Positions 39,207 to 48,186 of a stretch of 64,000 nucleotides of DNA are shown piece after piece. The stretch covers positions 1 through 64,000 of the forward strand of contig JAZAMN010000031.1 of assembly GCA_036229005.1 (NCBI GenBank). The letters run 5' to 3'. Each line of letters opens with the position of its first letter. Within the stretch, counting starts at the first letter, position 1. A model generated the notes under the pieces. That model made no database searches and had not been told where the DNA came from. It saw only the letters and a list, made by a program, of their open reading frames with translations. A program made the translations under genes and the position numbers. This DNA comes from Myxococcota bacterium. GTDB taxonomy: Bacteria > Myxococcota_A > UBA796 > CAJQPC01.

Positions 39207-40751
39207 ATGTACTTCCCTCTGACTCTGCTCGCTTTTCTGGGCCCTGTTGACCTCGCCTGGGCCGAGATGCCGCTTCACGCTGTGCCCGAAGGGCCGCGGG
39301 TCTGGGTGTTGGAGGTTGAGGACGGGGGCGCCGAACAGCTCGCAGCCCACCTCTCCCGGATCCATCCCGACTGGCACGTCCTGGCAGGGGGGCCCTGGGT
39401 CGAGGTCATCGGTCCGCTGGATCCTGGCGCCCTGGAGGGGCTCGATGGGGTCACGCGCGTCCGGGAGCCCTGGCCGCTGAGCCACAAGCGCACGGAGAGC
39501 GAGGCGCTGGACGAGATCCTGGTGCCGGTGGACTGGGCCGCCCAGGGGCTGACCGGCGACGGCGTGACGGTGGGCATCCTGGATCTGGGCTTCGCCGGAC
39601 TGGACGACCTGCTGGGCGAGGAGCTGCCTGCGGTGGTCGAGGTCTGGGAGGACGGCGTGGGCGCGGGCATCTCCCACGGGACGGCGGTCGCGGAGATCGT
39701 GCACGACGTGGCCCCCGGAGCGACGCTGCGGGTCTACCCCTTCCAGTCCGAGGTGAGCTTCATCGCGGCCCTGGAGGCGGCCGAGCAGGACGGCGTCGAC
39801 GTGATCAACGCGTCCATCGGCTTCGACAACGTGTGGCACGCGGACGGCAGCTCGCCGGTGAGTCAGGCGGTGGATCAGGCCGCAGACGCCGGCATGCTCT
39901 ACGTCGCGGCGGCCGGGAACGAGATCGGGCGCTACCGCATCGGAGCGCTCACCGACAGTGACGGGGACGGCTGGCTGGAGCTGGACGGGGACGAGCGGGT
40001 CAGCCTGGTGAAGATCGCCGGGGAGATCAGCGCGAGCCTGCGCTGGTCGGAGCCCTTTGGAGAGGCGGAGACGGACCTGGAGCTGGTGCTGTTCAACGCC
40101 GTCGGGGAGTGCGCCCGCAGCGAGCAGGACAGCCAGGACCCCTATGTGTCGGTGGCGTGCAGCGAGGGCACCTCGATGGAGGCCGGGATCTGGCTGGCCT
40201 CGGGCGAGCTGCCGGAGACGGGCTGGCTCTACGCGCCCTACGGCGTGCAGGACAGCTACAGCGAGGCCGGGACGCTGACCCTGCCGGCGGACGCAGCGGG
40301 GGCCTTCGCGGTCGGCGCCCTGCGCCTGGGGGAGGATGAGGCGCCGGTCTACAGCTCCCAGGGGCCCACGGACGACGGGCGCATCAAGCCGGACATCGCG
40401 GCGCCCAGCGGGGTGAGCACGGCCAGCTACGGGCTGCTGAACTTCTCCGGGACCTCGGCGGCGGCTCCCCACGTGACCGGCGTCGCGGCGCTGTTGGCGG
40501 AGCACATGCGCCGCGCGCGCCCCGAGGAGCTGACGGCCGCCCTGGTGGACATGGCCCAGGACGTGGGGGAGCCCGGCGTGGACAATGTCAGCGGGGCTGG
40601 GCGGGTGCAGACCGGGGCGCTGCCGGAGCGTTGCGGGTGCTCATCCCGCCCCGGTGGCGGGTCCATGGGAGGGGCCGCGATCCTGGGGCTCTGGCTGCTC
40701 GGCAGGCGGCGTCGTGGGCGGAGTTCCGGGAGATCCAGGGATCAAGGCTGA
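39207..40751 (+). CDS. S8 subtilisin-like protease with a MYXO-CTERM sorting signal
   Basis: ILDLG (Asp), SHGTAVA (His), AAGNE, FSGTSAAAPHV (Ser); C-terminal CGCSS...AAILGLWLLGRRRR. Confidence 0.9.
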   Translation: MYFPLTLLAFLGPVDLAWAEMPLHAVPEGPRVWVLEVEDGGAEQLAAHLSRIHPDWHVLAGGPWVEVIGPLDPGALEGLDGVTRVREPWPLSHKRTESEALDEILVPVDWAAQGLTGDGVTVGILDLGFAGLDDLLGEELPAVVEVWEDGVGAGISHGTAVAEIVHDVAPGATLRVYPFQSEVSFIAALEAAEQDGVDVINASIGFDNVWHADGSSPVSQAVDQAADAGMLYVAAAGNEIGRYRIGALTDSDGDGWLELDGDERVSLVKIAGEISASLRWSEPFGEAETDLELVLFNAVGECARSEQDSQDPYVSVACSEGTSMEAGIWLASGELPETGWLYAPYGVQDSYSEAGTLTLPADAAGAFAVGALRLGEDEAPVYSSQGPTDDGRIKPDIAAPSGVSTASYGLLNFSGTSAAAPHVTGVAALLAEHMRRARPEELTAALVDMAQDVGEPGVDNVSGAGRVQTGALPERCGCSSRPGGGSMGGAAILGLWLLGRRRRGRSSGRSRDQG

Positions 40752-40807
40752 GAAAGGATTCCGCAAGCTTGCGCCCGCTCTGGGTTGGGTGTAAGAGGGC
40801 GCGGCCC

Positions 40808-41923
40808 ATGACACAGCTCTTCACACCCAACCTGCTCCGCGACCTCCGAGGGATGCCTGGAGCCGGCCACAGCTTCGTCAAGCAGCTTGCTGGGAACGGA
40901 GCCCTGGAGACCCGCCTGCGCGGTGAGCTCCAGCGGGCCCTGGACGAGCTGCCCGCTGGCCTGCGGCAGGACCTGACCGACGGGCTGTCGTCCCTGAGCA
41001 ACCCCCGCTTCTTCCAGGCCTTCGCCAAGCTCTCCACCGCCCGGGTGCTGCAGATGGGCGGCTGGGAGCTGGACCACCGGGACGCGCTCTACGCCCGCCG
41101 CCCGGGGGGAGACGCGGTCCGGGTGATGGTGGTCGGCTTCCTGAGCGCGACCGACCCGGAGCTGGACGGCGCCCGCATCAAGCAGCTCGAGCAGTCGCTC
41201 TCCCGGATCTCCGCGCGCACCCGATTTGTGGTCAGCGTGCGCCGCTGGCTCCCACAGGGCTTCGACCCCGAGCCCGTGCGCCAGGCCGTGGAGCTCTGGC
41301 TGCGCGAGGTCGAGGCCGGCCGCTGGAAGACCCGCTTTGCCGCCTACGAGGACGAGGCCGTCTCCCTGGAGTTCGGGCTGGTCGGCGGCCTGGAGGCGCC
41401 GCGCCGGGTGCGCGGTGAGCAGAGCGCGCCGCTGTTCTCGATCGGCCCCTTCACCGGCGAGGCGGCGATGTCCGCCATCGAGTCCCGGGTGGTGCGCGAG
41501 CTGGACCGCCTCAGCGTCGCCCCCGAGGGCCACCACCCCGTACTGCTCTCCGTGGTCGGGGACCAGCCCTGGCGCATCCCGCCGGGCACCCTGCGGGCCT
41601 TCTTCTACGGCAAGCCCCGGTGGATCCAGACCACCTGGGAGCCCGGACTGCCCGGCTGGGAGGCCTGCTTGAGCCGTGAGACCGAGCCCTGCCTGTACAA
41701 GGACCCCCTGTACGCCAAGGTCGTGGGCACCCTGCTGCTGCACCGCCCCCAGCGCGACCAGCTCCTGGTCAGCGGGGAGACCTGGTCCAACCCCTTCTCC
41801 AAGGCCCCGCTGCAGGCCCAGGAGCTGCCATTGCCCGCCGTGGCCGCCTACTCCCACGAAGACGAGCGCCCCATCCTGCGCCGCTTCCCCGGTGAGCCCC
41901 TGGTCGCCCTGGGGGGGGCGTGA
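40808..41923 (+). CDS. Hypothetical protein coupled to tdk
   Basis: 371-codon ORF with strong GC3 bias; GTGA overlap with tdk. Confidence 0.7.
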   Translation: MTQLFTPNLLRDLRGMPGAGHSFVKQLAGNGALETRLRGELQRALDELPAGLRQDLTDGLSSLSNPRFFQAFAKLSTARVLQMGGWELDHRDALYARRPGGDAVRVMVVGFLSATDPELDGARIKQLEQSLSRISARTRFVVSVRRWLPQGFDPEPVRQAVELWLREVEAGRWKTRFAAYEDEAVSLEFGLVGGLEAPRRVRGEQSAPLFSIGPFTGEAAMSAIESRVVRELDRLSVAPEGHHPVLLSVVGDQPWRIPPGTLRAFFYGKPRWIQTTWEPGLPGWEACLSRETEPCLYKDPLYAKVVGTLLLHRPQRDQLLVSGETWSNPFSKAPLQAQELPLPAVAAYSHEDERPILRRFPGEPLVALGGA

Positions 41924-42555
41924 TGCATCCCCACCACGTCCGCGGTGACGCCGGCTGGATCGAGGTGATCTGCGGCTGCATGTTCTCCGGCAAGACCGAG
42001 GAGCTGATCCGGCGGGTGCGGCGCGCCCAGTACGCCCGTCAGGACTACGTGGTCTTCAAGCCCCGCATCGACGACCGCTACAGCGAGGGCTCCGTGGGCT
42101 CGCACAGCGGGCAGCTCCTGCGCTCGGTGCAGATCGACAGCGCCAAGGAGATCCTCCAGCACGTCGGCGACGCCGAGGTCGTCGGCATCGACGAGGCGCA
42201 GTTCCTGGGCATCGAGCTGGTGGAGGTCTGCGAGCGCCTGGCCAACGAGGGCCGCCGCGTGCTGGTGGCCGGCCTGGACCAGGACTTCATGGGCCGCCCC
42301 TTCGAGCCCATCCCCCAGCTCCTGGCCGTCGCGGAGTACATCTCCAAGATGCTCGCGATCTGCACGGTGTGCGGAAACCCGGCGGATCGCAGCCAGCGCA
42401 TGGTCGCCGGCGAGGACCGCGTGCTGGTCGGCGCCACCGGAGCCTACGAGGCCCGCTGCCGCATGCACTGGAGCCCCGAGCCCCTGCAGACCCGCCAGCA
42501 GATCCTGCCGCTGGGTCGGAACCTGGCCGAGCACGGCCTGAGCCCCCACAGCTGA
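41920..42555 (+). CDS. tdk: Thymidine kinase
   Basis: GCMFSGKTEEL, FKPRIDDRY, IDEAQF, GLDQDF, CTVCG and YEARCR. Confidence 0.97.
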   Translation: MMHPHHVRGDAGWIEVICGCMFSGKTEELIRRVRRAQYARQDYVVFKPRIDDRYSEGSVGSHSGQLLRSVQIDSAKEILQHVGDAEVVGIDEAQFLGIELVEVCERLANEGRRVLVAGLDQDFMGRPFEPIPQLLAVAEYISKMLAICTVCGNPADRSQRMVAGEDRVLVGATGAYEARCRMHWSPEPLQTRQQILPLGRNLAEHGLSPHS

Positions 42556-42614
42556 GCGCCAGCCGCCGCGCGCCCTTCCTTTCCAAAGCCTGACCTGGGC
42601 GGGGGCTCGGAGGC

Positions 42615-42643
42615 TTGACGCGCCCTGGGGGGTTGGAGATAGT
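42615..42643 (+). promoter_or_regulatory. Candidate sigma70 promoter
   Basis: TTGACG-17 bp-GATAGT, 40 bp upstream of the ATG at 42684. Confidence 0.4.
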
Positions 42644-42683
42644 GCGCACCCTGTGACTGTTTGACCCGACTGGAGAGCCATCC

Positions 42684-44519
42684 ATGTCCTTGCTTCTCGG
42701 CCTTCTCGCCCTCTCCCCCATCGCCCAGGCCGCCGTCTCCGGCTCCGCCAAGGCCAGCTCCTACAAGGTGGACGAGGACGACAAGAAGCTCAAGTACGAC
42801 GCCTCCAAGGCCGTCGACGGCTCCTTCGCCCTGGGCTGGGCCGAGGATGAGAGCGGCTACGGCGAGGGGAGCTGGCTGGAGCTCGACCTGGGGCGCACCC
42901 AGGAGATCAAGGAGCTGAACATCTGGCCGGGCAACCTCTCCGAGGGCAAGAAGTCCTACCGCGAGTACAGCCGCCCCAAGAAGCTCAAGATCACGCTCAG
43001 CGGCGGCGGCGAGGACATCGAGCTGGAGGCCACCTTCGTGGACCAGATCCAGCGCTACGACCTGGTGCTCGAAGCCCCGGTCCAGGCCCGCAAGGTGCAC
43101 ATCGAGGTGGTGGAGGTCTACGAGGGCTTTGTGTTCTCCGACCTCTACATCGCCGAGGTCGCGGTGAACTTCCGCCACTCCCGGGACCAGATGGAGCCCC
43201 TGCTCAAGTGGCTGGACACCCCCCAGGCCCAGGCCGAGTGGGACAAGCACGACGCGGCCATCAAGGAGGCCTTCCAGACCTACATGGACGCGGACTTCGG
43301 TGACCAGGAGTCCCTGGAGTTCATCATGTCCCAGGCCGGCGACGGCGCGGACTTCATCCGCAACAAGGTCCCCCGCCTGGTGGACGTGGGCTACCGCGCC
43401 GCGGCCGTGAAGCCCGATGAGATGGCCATCGACGCCCTGCGCAAGCTCAAGGACGCCAACGCCATCCCCGCCATCGAGATGGCCCAGCTCCGCTCCTACG
43501 GCAGCACCCGCGCCGAGTTCGAGGAGCTGGTCGAGATCTTCTACGCCTACCAGGACCTGGTGGGCGGCCCCAGCCTGAACGTCCCCTACTGGGGCGAGAC
43601 CGGCTGGTCCCCCGGCCAGATCCAGTCCTTCGGCGAGCCCATCCCCATCGAGGTCACCCCCGAGGGCGACCTGCTGCTGGCCGACATCGGCAACAACCGC
43701 GTCCAGCGCTTCAGCTACGAGGGGCGCATGGACAAGCAGTGGGGCGGCGGCCAGGCCGACCTGACCAACGCGTGGTTCGACGAGGGCCGCGAGTGGTACG
43801 TCAGCGGCCAGGCCGCGGGCGAGCGCAACGGCGCGTTCATCAACCCCCTGGACGTGGAGCTGGTCCCCATGGGCGAGGGCATGGGCTTCGCCGTGCTCGA
43901 CGCCTCCAAGCGCGTGCAGATCTACGACGACCAGGGCCGACCCTACATCGGCTGGACCGTGCAGGACTCCTCCTCGCAGCTCGACGGCGGCGTGGGCGGC
44001 GAGGGCTACCTGGCCTGGGTGCCCCGCAAGAAGCGCCTGTACGTGATCGTCGGCAACGAGATGGTCGCCTACAACCTGGAGGCCGAGGAGCTGGGCCGCT
44101 GGGAGCTCGAAGACGGCACCCCCAACGCCGTGGAAGTGGGCAAGAACAACAAGCTCTACATGGCGTTCGGCCGCGAGGTCATCAAGTACGACCTGGACGG
44201 CTTCCGCCACGGCGTGGTGTGGGACGAGACCCAGCTCGGTGAGGGCTTCGAGGACCTGGACCTCACCCTGGACGAGGACAAGCGCATGTGGGTGGTCACC
44301 GATCAGGGGTGGGCCCACAAGTTCAAGAACGAGCGCAAGATCGAGTACTCGGTGCAGTTCTCGGACGTGAGCCTGATCAAGCCCCGTATCGCCGTCCAGG
44401 ACGAGATCCTGTACTGCGTGGACCGCGACCGGGTGATCCGCCTGGACGCCCTGCAGGCCAAGATCGACGCCGAGGAGGCCGCAAAGGAGGCCGCCGAGGC
44501 CGAGGCCGCCGCCGAGTAG
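42684..44519 (+). CDS. Exported discoidin/F5-8-type domain plus NHL beta-propeller protein
   Basis: Signal peptide, ASS...AVDG...WAE..G.GSWL...IWPGN, and NHL-like LLADIGNNRVQRF / FINPLDV. Confidence 0.8.
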   Translation: MSLLLGLLALSPIAQAAVSGSAKASSYKVDEDDKKLKYDASKAVDGSFALGWAEDESGYGEGSWLELDLGRTQEIKELNIWPGNLSEGKKSYREYSRPKKLKITLSGGGEDIELEATFVDQIQRYDLVLEAPVQARKVHIEVVEVYEGFVFSDLYIAEVAVNFRHSRDQMEPLLKWLDTPQAQAEWDKHDAAIKEAFQTYMDADFGDQESLEFIMSQAGDGADFIRNKVPRLVDVGYRAAAVKPDEMAIDALRKLKDANAIPAIEMAQLRSYGSTRAEFEELVEIFYAYQDLVGGPSLNVPYWGETGWSPGQIQSFGEPIPIEVTPEGDLLLADIGNNRVQRFSYEGRMDKQWGGGQADLTNAWFDEGREWYVSGQAAGERNGAFINPLDVELVPMGEGMGFAVLDASKRVQIYDDQGRPYIGWTVQDSSSQLDGGVGGEGYLAWVPRKKRLYVIVGNEMVAYNLEAEELGRWELEDGTPNAVEVGKNNKLYMAFGREVIKYDLDGFRHGVVWDETQLGEGFEDLDLTLDEDKRMWVVTDQGWAHKFKNERKIEYSVQFSDVSLIKPRIAVQDEILYCVDRDRVIRLDALQAKIDAEEAAKEAAEAEAAAE

Positions 44520-44545
44520 CCTGCCGCGCGGGTTAGACAGGGTGC

Positions 44546-45832
44546 ATGCGCACCACTGATTTCCTCGCTGTCGCCACCGGACTGGGCCTGCTGGCCCTGT
44601 CCGGCCTGATCTCGTGCACGGGCTCGGAGACCTCGCCGGAGCCGGTGAGTCCCCAGCCCGAGCAGACCACCGCCCAACCCCAGGCGGTGGAGACGGGTGG
44701 CTTCCCCACCCCCAAGCCCCTCTCCCAGTCCGCGAAGACGCCGGCCCCGGTGCCCGCGAGCCCGGACGCGGAGCGCGCGCTGGTGGAGCTGCAGAAGGTC
44801 TGCAAGACCTATGGCTCGGACCCGGAGAACCCCTGGGCGGTGGCCCACGCGATCCTGGCCTTCGGGCCGGAGCTCACCCTGAGCAACGGGGAGCCGGCGG
44901 TCGACTACCTGTACGCGCGCTACGGGCAGGTCTACGACATCGGCGGCGAGCGGCTGCCCTCCTTCCCGGCCAAGACGGCGGACGGGATCCCGGTGGAGCC
45001 GCACACGGACCTGATCCTCAAGGCGGTCACCGAGTCCGGCCTGCCCCCGGAGCGGCAGGTGCTGGTGCAGGGAGAGACCTTCACGCTGGGAGACCACTGG
45101 GAGCACAGCCTGCGCACGACCTTCCTGGACAAGAACACCGGCGCCAGCAGCTACACCAGCCCCAACGACATGCCCTGGGGCGTGCAGGCCCTGGCGAGCT
45201 GGGGGACGCCGCACCAGACGCAGTGGGAGGCCTACGACGGCACGGACATGGACCTGGACGACCTGGTCAAGTTCGAGCTGCACGTGCTGACCAGCGAGAG
45301 CACCTTCCTGTACAAGGCGATGCTGGGGGGCCAGAGCTTCAAGAAGGAGCGCCAGGGGGTGTTCAACTACACCTGCGGCGGCGCCCACCTGGTGCAGGGC
45401 GCGGTGCTGCCGATCGCTCAGGGCTACGGCAACGCCCAGGACCGCGAGAAGCTGGCCAGCCAGGGGGCGATCCTGGCCTACCGCTACCCCATCGAGCGGG
45501 ACATCTACGCGCAGGCCCGAAAGCAGGCTCCGAGCCAGTCGCTGGTGCTCTACGTGCAGGAGCTCAAGTTCATCGGCCACTGGCTGGAGAGCATGCACAA
45601 GCTGATGGCGACGGGCATCTACACGCCCACCGCGACCGACCAGCTCGTGCTGACCCAGGCCGTCGGTGACCTGATCGAGACCACCGCGGCGCTCAAGCGA
45701 CTGGGCGCCCTGGACAACGCCGGGACCTTGCGGGAGTCCAACGAGCAGCTCTACCTGGACATCGTCGGCGACTCCTGCCACGCGGTCCGCGGCCTGGAGC
45801 TGGCCCTGGGGCGCGGCGAGGTCCGCTGGTAG
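44546..45832 (+). CDS. Hypothetical lipoprotein, mostly helical
   Basis: LISC lipobox, Pro-rich linker and conserved-looking PWAVAHAILAFG / TCGGAH / ELKFIGHWLE segments. Confidence 0.75.
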   Translation: MRTTDFLAVATGLGLLALSGLISCTGSETSPEPVSPQPEQTTAQPQAVETGGFPTPKPLSQSAKTPAPVPASPDAERALVELQKVCKTYGSDPENPWAVAHAILAFGPELTLSNGEPAVDYLYARYGQVYDIGGERLPSFPAKTADGIPVEPHTDLILKAVTESGLPPERQVLVQGETFTLGDHWEHSLRTTFLDKNTGASSYTSPNDMPWGVQALASWGTPHQTQWEAYDGTDMDLDDLVKFELHVLTSESTFLYKAMLGGQSFKKERQGVFNYTCGGAHLVQGAVLPIAQGYGNAQDREKLASQGAILAYRYPIERDIYAQARKQAPSQSLVLYVQELKFIGHWLESMHKLMATGIYTPTATDQLVLTQAVGDLIETTAALKRLGALDNAGTLRESNEQLYLDIVGDSCHAVRGLELALGRGEVRW

Positions 45833-46846
45833 TCAGGCGGCCGTGCGCATCCGAAAGCGGCGCAGCACCTTTGCGGCCCGGTCCAGGTCGACCAGCTCCC
45901 GCGCAGCGCCCATCTCCCAGGCCGCCCGCGGCATGCCCCACACCACCGAGCTCGCCTCGTCCTGGGCGTAGGTGGCGCTGCCCGCCTGCTTCAAGCGCAG
46001 CAGCCCAGCGGCCCCGTCTCGGCCCATGCCGGTGAGCAGCAAGCCGATGCTCTCGCCCCCCAGCGTCCGAGCGACCGAGGCGAAGAGCACATCGACGCTG
46101 GGGGCGTGCCCCGAGACCTTGGCGCCGGCCTGGACCCGCAGTTCGAGCGCGCCGGGCTTGCCGTCCACGCCCATGTGCATGCCGCCGGGGGCGATCCACA
46201 CCTCGCCGCGGTGGAGCCGGGCCCCGTCGTAGCCCTCTCGGACCCGGAGCAAGGGCAGATCCTCGTCCAGCCGGGAGGCGAAGGAGGCCGTGAAGCCGGC
46301 GGGCATGTGCTGGACCACCACGATCGGCGGCAGGCCGCCAGGGAGCTGCCGGAGCACGCTGCGGATGGCGTCGGTTCCGCCAGTGGACGCACCGATCGCG
46401 AGCACGGTCCTGCCGGCGGGCTGCAGTCGCTCGTTGCCCAGGAGTGAACGCCCGCTGGCGCCCCGGTTCGTCGCCAGCACCGCCATCGCGACCTCCGCGA
46501 GCATCCGCTCCGCTTGCTCTCCCACCAGGTGGGCGTTGGGCTTCATCACCACCCGCGCGGCCCCGGCCTCCAGCGCCGCACGCCCGACCGCAGCGCTCGA
46601 GGCGATGGCGATCACGCGGATGTCCCGGGCCGCCCGCACCCTCCGGATGAAGACCGCGCCGTCGAGCGGCCCAAGCTCCGGGTCCACCACCAGCACACCC
46701 GGGTCCTGGCTCTCGATGGCCTTCTTGGCGGCCACCGCGTCCCCGCAGGTGGCGAGCACCTTGACCCCAGGTGTCCGGGACAGAGCCCGGGACAGGACCT
46801 CCCGGGCGACCATCGAAGCCGCCAGGACCACGACACGGGCGGTCAC
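45833..46846 (-). CDS. cheB: Chemotaxis methylesterase CheB with an atypical receiver domain
   Basis: GASTGG, QHMP, PSVDVLF and LTGMGRDGA. The receiver has LAAS in place of the DD pair. Confidence 0.92.
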   Translation of the reverse strand: MTARVVVLAASMVAREVLSRALSRTPGVKVLATCGDAVAAKKAIESQDPGVLVVDPELGPLDGAVFIRRVRAARDIRVIAIASSAAVGRAALEAGAARVVMKPNAHLVGEQAERMLAEVAMAVLATNRGASGRSLLGNERLQPAGRTVLAIGASTGGTDAIRSVLRQLPGGLPPIVVVQHMPAGFTASFASRLDEDLPLLRVREGYDGARLHRGEVWIAPGGMHMGVDGKPGALELRVQAGAKVSGHAPSVDVLFASVARTLGGESIGLLLTGMGRDGAAGLLRLKQAGSATYAQDEASSVVWGMPRAAWEMGAARELVDLDRAAKVLRRFRMRTAA

Positions 46847-47676
46847 TTGCGCCGCCGGTAGACGCCTGGCTGGACGTACTCGAAGGGAGGGGAGTTGCGC
46901 CCGATGGTCTCGCTGTGGCTCAGGAAGAGGTAGCCGCCCGGGACCATGACCTCGTGGATGGAGTTGAGGACGGCGCGGGTGTGCTCCTCGTCAAAGTAGA
47001 TCAGCACGTTGCGGCAGAACACCACCTGGAAGGGCTTGCGGAAGGGATAGGGACCCGCCAGCAGATTCAGTCGGCGCCAGGTCACCAGGTCCTGGATGGT
47101 CCCGGAGAGCTGACGCGCCCCGCCCTGCTCCGGCAGGAAGTGCTGCTGGAGGCGCTGGGGCAGCCGCTCGACGTTGTCGGCCCTCCAGCTCCCACCCCGG
47201 GCCTTGCCCAGCGCCGTGGAGGAGATGTCGGTGGCGAGCACCCCCGTGTGCCACTGCGTGCCCAACACGGCCTCTCGGGCGAGCATCGCCAGGGTCACGG
47301 CCTCTTCCCCGGTCGCGGCGGCAGCACACCAGATGCGCAGATCATGCTCGCGCTCCCCCTGGACCATCAGCTCGGGGATCACCCGCTCCTGCAGGACCCG
47401 GAAGTGGGCCGGCTCCCGCCAGAAGTAGGTGTGGTTGGTGCTCGCGCCGTCCACGAGCGCCGAGACCACCTTCTCCGAGGGCTTCTGGGAGAGGTGCTCG
47501 GCGAAGAAGCTGGCGAAGTCCAGGTACCCCATCTCCCGGGCCAGCTTGGCCAGGTGAACCTCCAGCATCGGGCGCTTCCGCTCTGGGACCTCGATCCCAA
47601 AGTGATCCTGGATCAGCCTGCACAGCCGGCTGAACTGTGCGTCCGTCAGTCCGGAGGCTCGCCGGGTCTGCGTCAC
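46843..47676 (-). CDS. cheR: Chemotaxis methyltransferase CheR
   Basis: TNHTYFWRE, WCAAAATGEE, ATDIS, FCRNVLIYF and HSE. Confidence 0.95.
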   Translation of the reverse strand: MTQTRRASGLTDAQFSRLCRLIQDHFGIEVPERKRPMLEVHLAKLAREMGYLDFASFFAEHLSQKPSEKVVSALVDGASTNHTYFWREPAHFRVLQERVIPELMVQGEREHDLRIWCAAAATGEEAVTLAMLAREAVLGTQWHTGVLATDISSTALGKARGGSWRADNVERLPQRLQQHFLPEQGGARQLSGTIQDLVTWRRLNLLAGPYPFRKPFQVVFCRNVLIYFDEEHTRAVLNSIHEVMVPGGYLFLSHSETIGRNSPPFEYVQPGVYRRRK

Positions 47677-48140
47677 GCAGCGGACCTCGGCGCACCCAGC
47701 AGTGCCTCGACGTCGAGCAGCAGCCTCACCTTCTCGTCCACGTTCCCCAGCCCAGCGAGGTAGTGCGCCCCACCCATGGCCATCCTCGGCGCCGGCTCGA
47801 TCTTGTTGTCCGGGATGCGGATGACCTCCGAGACCGTGTCGACGATGAGCCCCACGGTCTCGTCCTGGATCCGGACGACGATGATGCAGGTCCGGGAGTT
47901 TCGCTCGACCAGCGGCATGTTCATGCGCTGCCGGACGCAGAGCACGGGGATGACCCGACCCCGCAGGTTGATGACGCCCTCGATGTACGCGGGCACGTCG
48001 GGCAGCGGCGTGATCGCCTGCATCCCGATGATCTCGCGGACGCAGCCGATGCCCAGCCCGTAGATCTCCTCACCGAGGATGAAGGTGAGGAACTCCTTTC
48101 CTTCCGAGACGCTCTGCTCGACCATCGCCAACCCTGACAT
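47673..48140 (-). CDS. cheW: CheW
   Basis: FLTF, VREII, GVINLRGRVIP and GLIVDTVSEV. Confidence 0.95.
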   Translation of the reverse strand: MSGLAMVEQSVSEGKEFLTFILGEEIYGLGIGCVREIIGMQAITPLPDVPAYIEGVINLRGRVIPVLCVRQRMNMPLVERNSRTCIIVVRIQDETVGLIVDTVSEVIRIPDNKIEPAPRMAMGGAHYLAGLGNVDEKVRLLLDVEALLGAPRSAA

Positions 48141-48186
48141 CGGTCCTCCAAGACCTGCTTCCCTCATCGGATCGAGGGCTTGAAAC

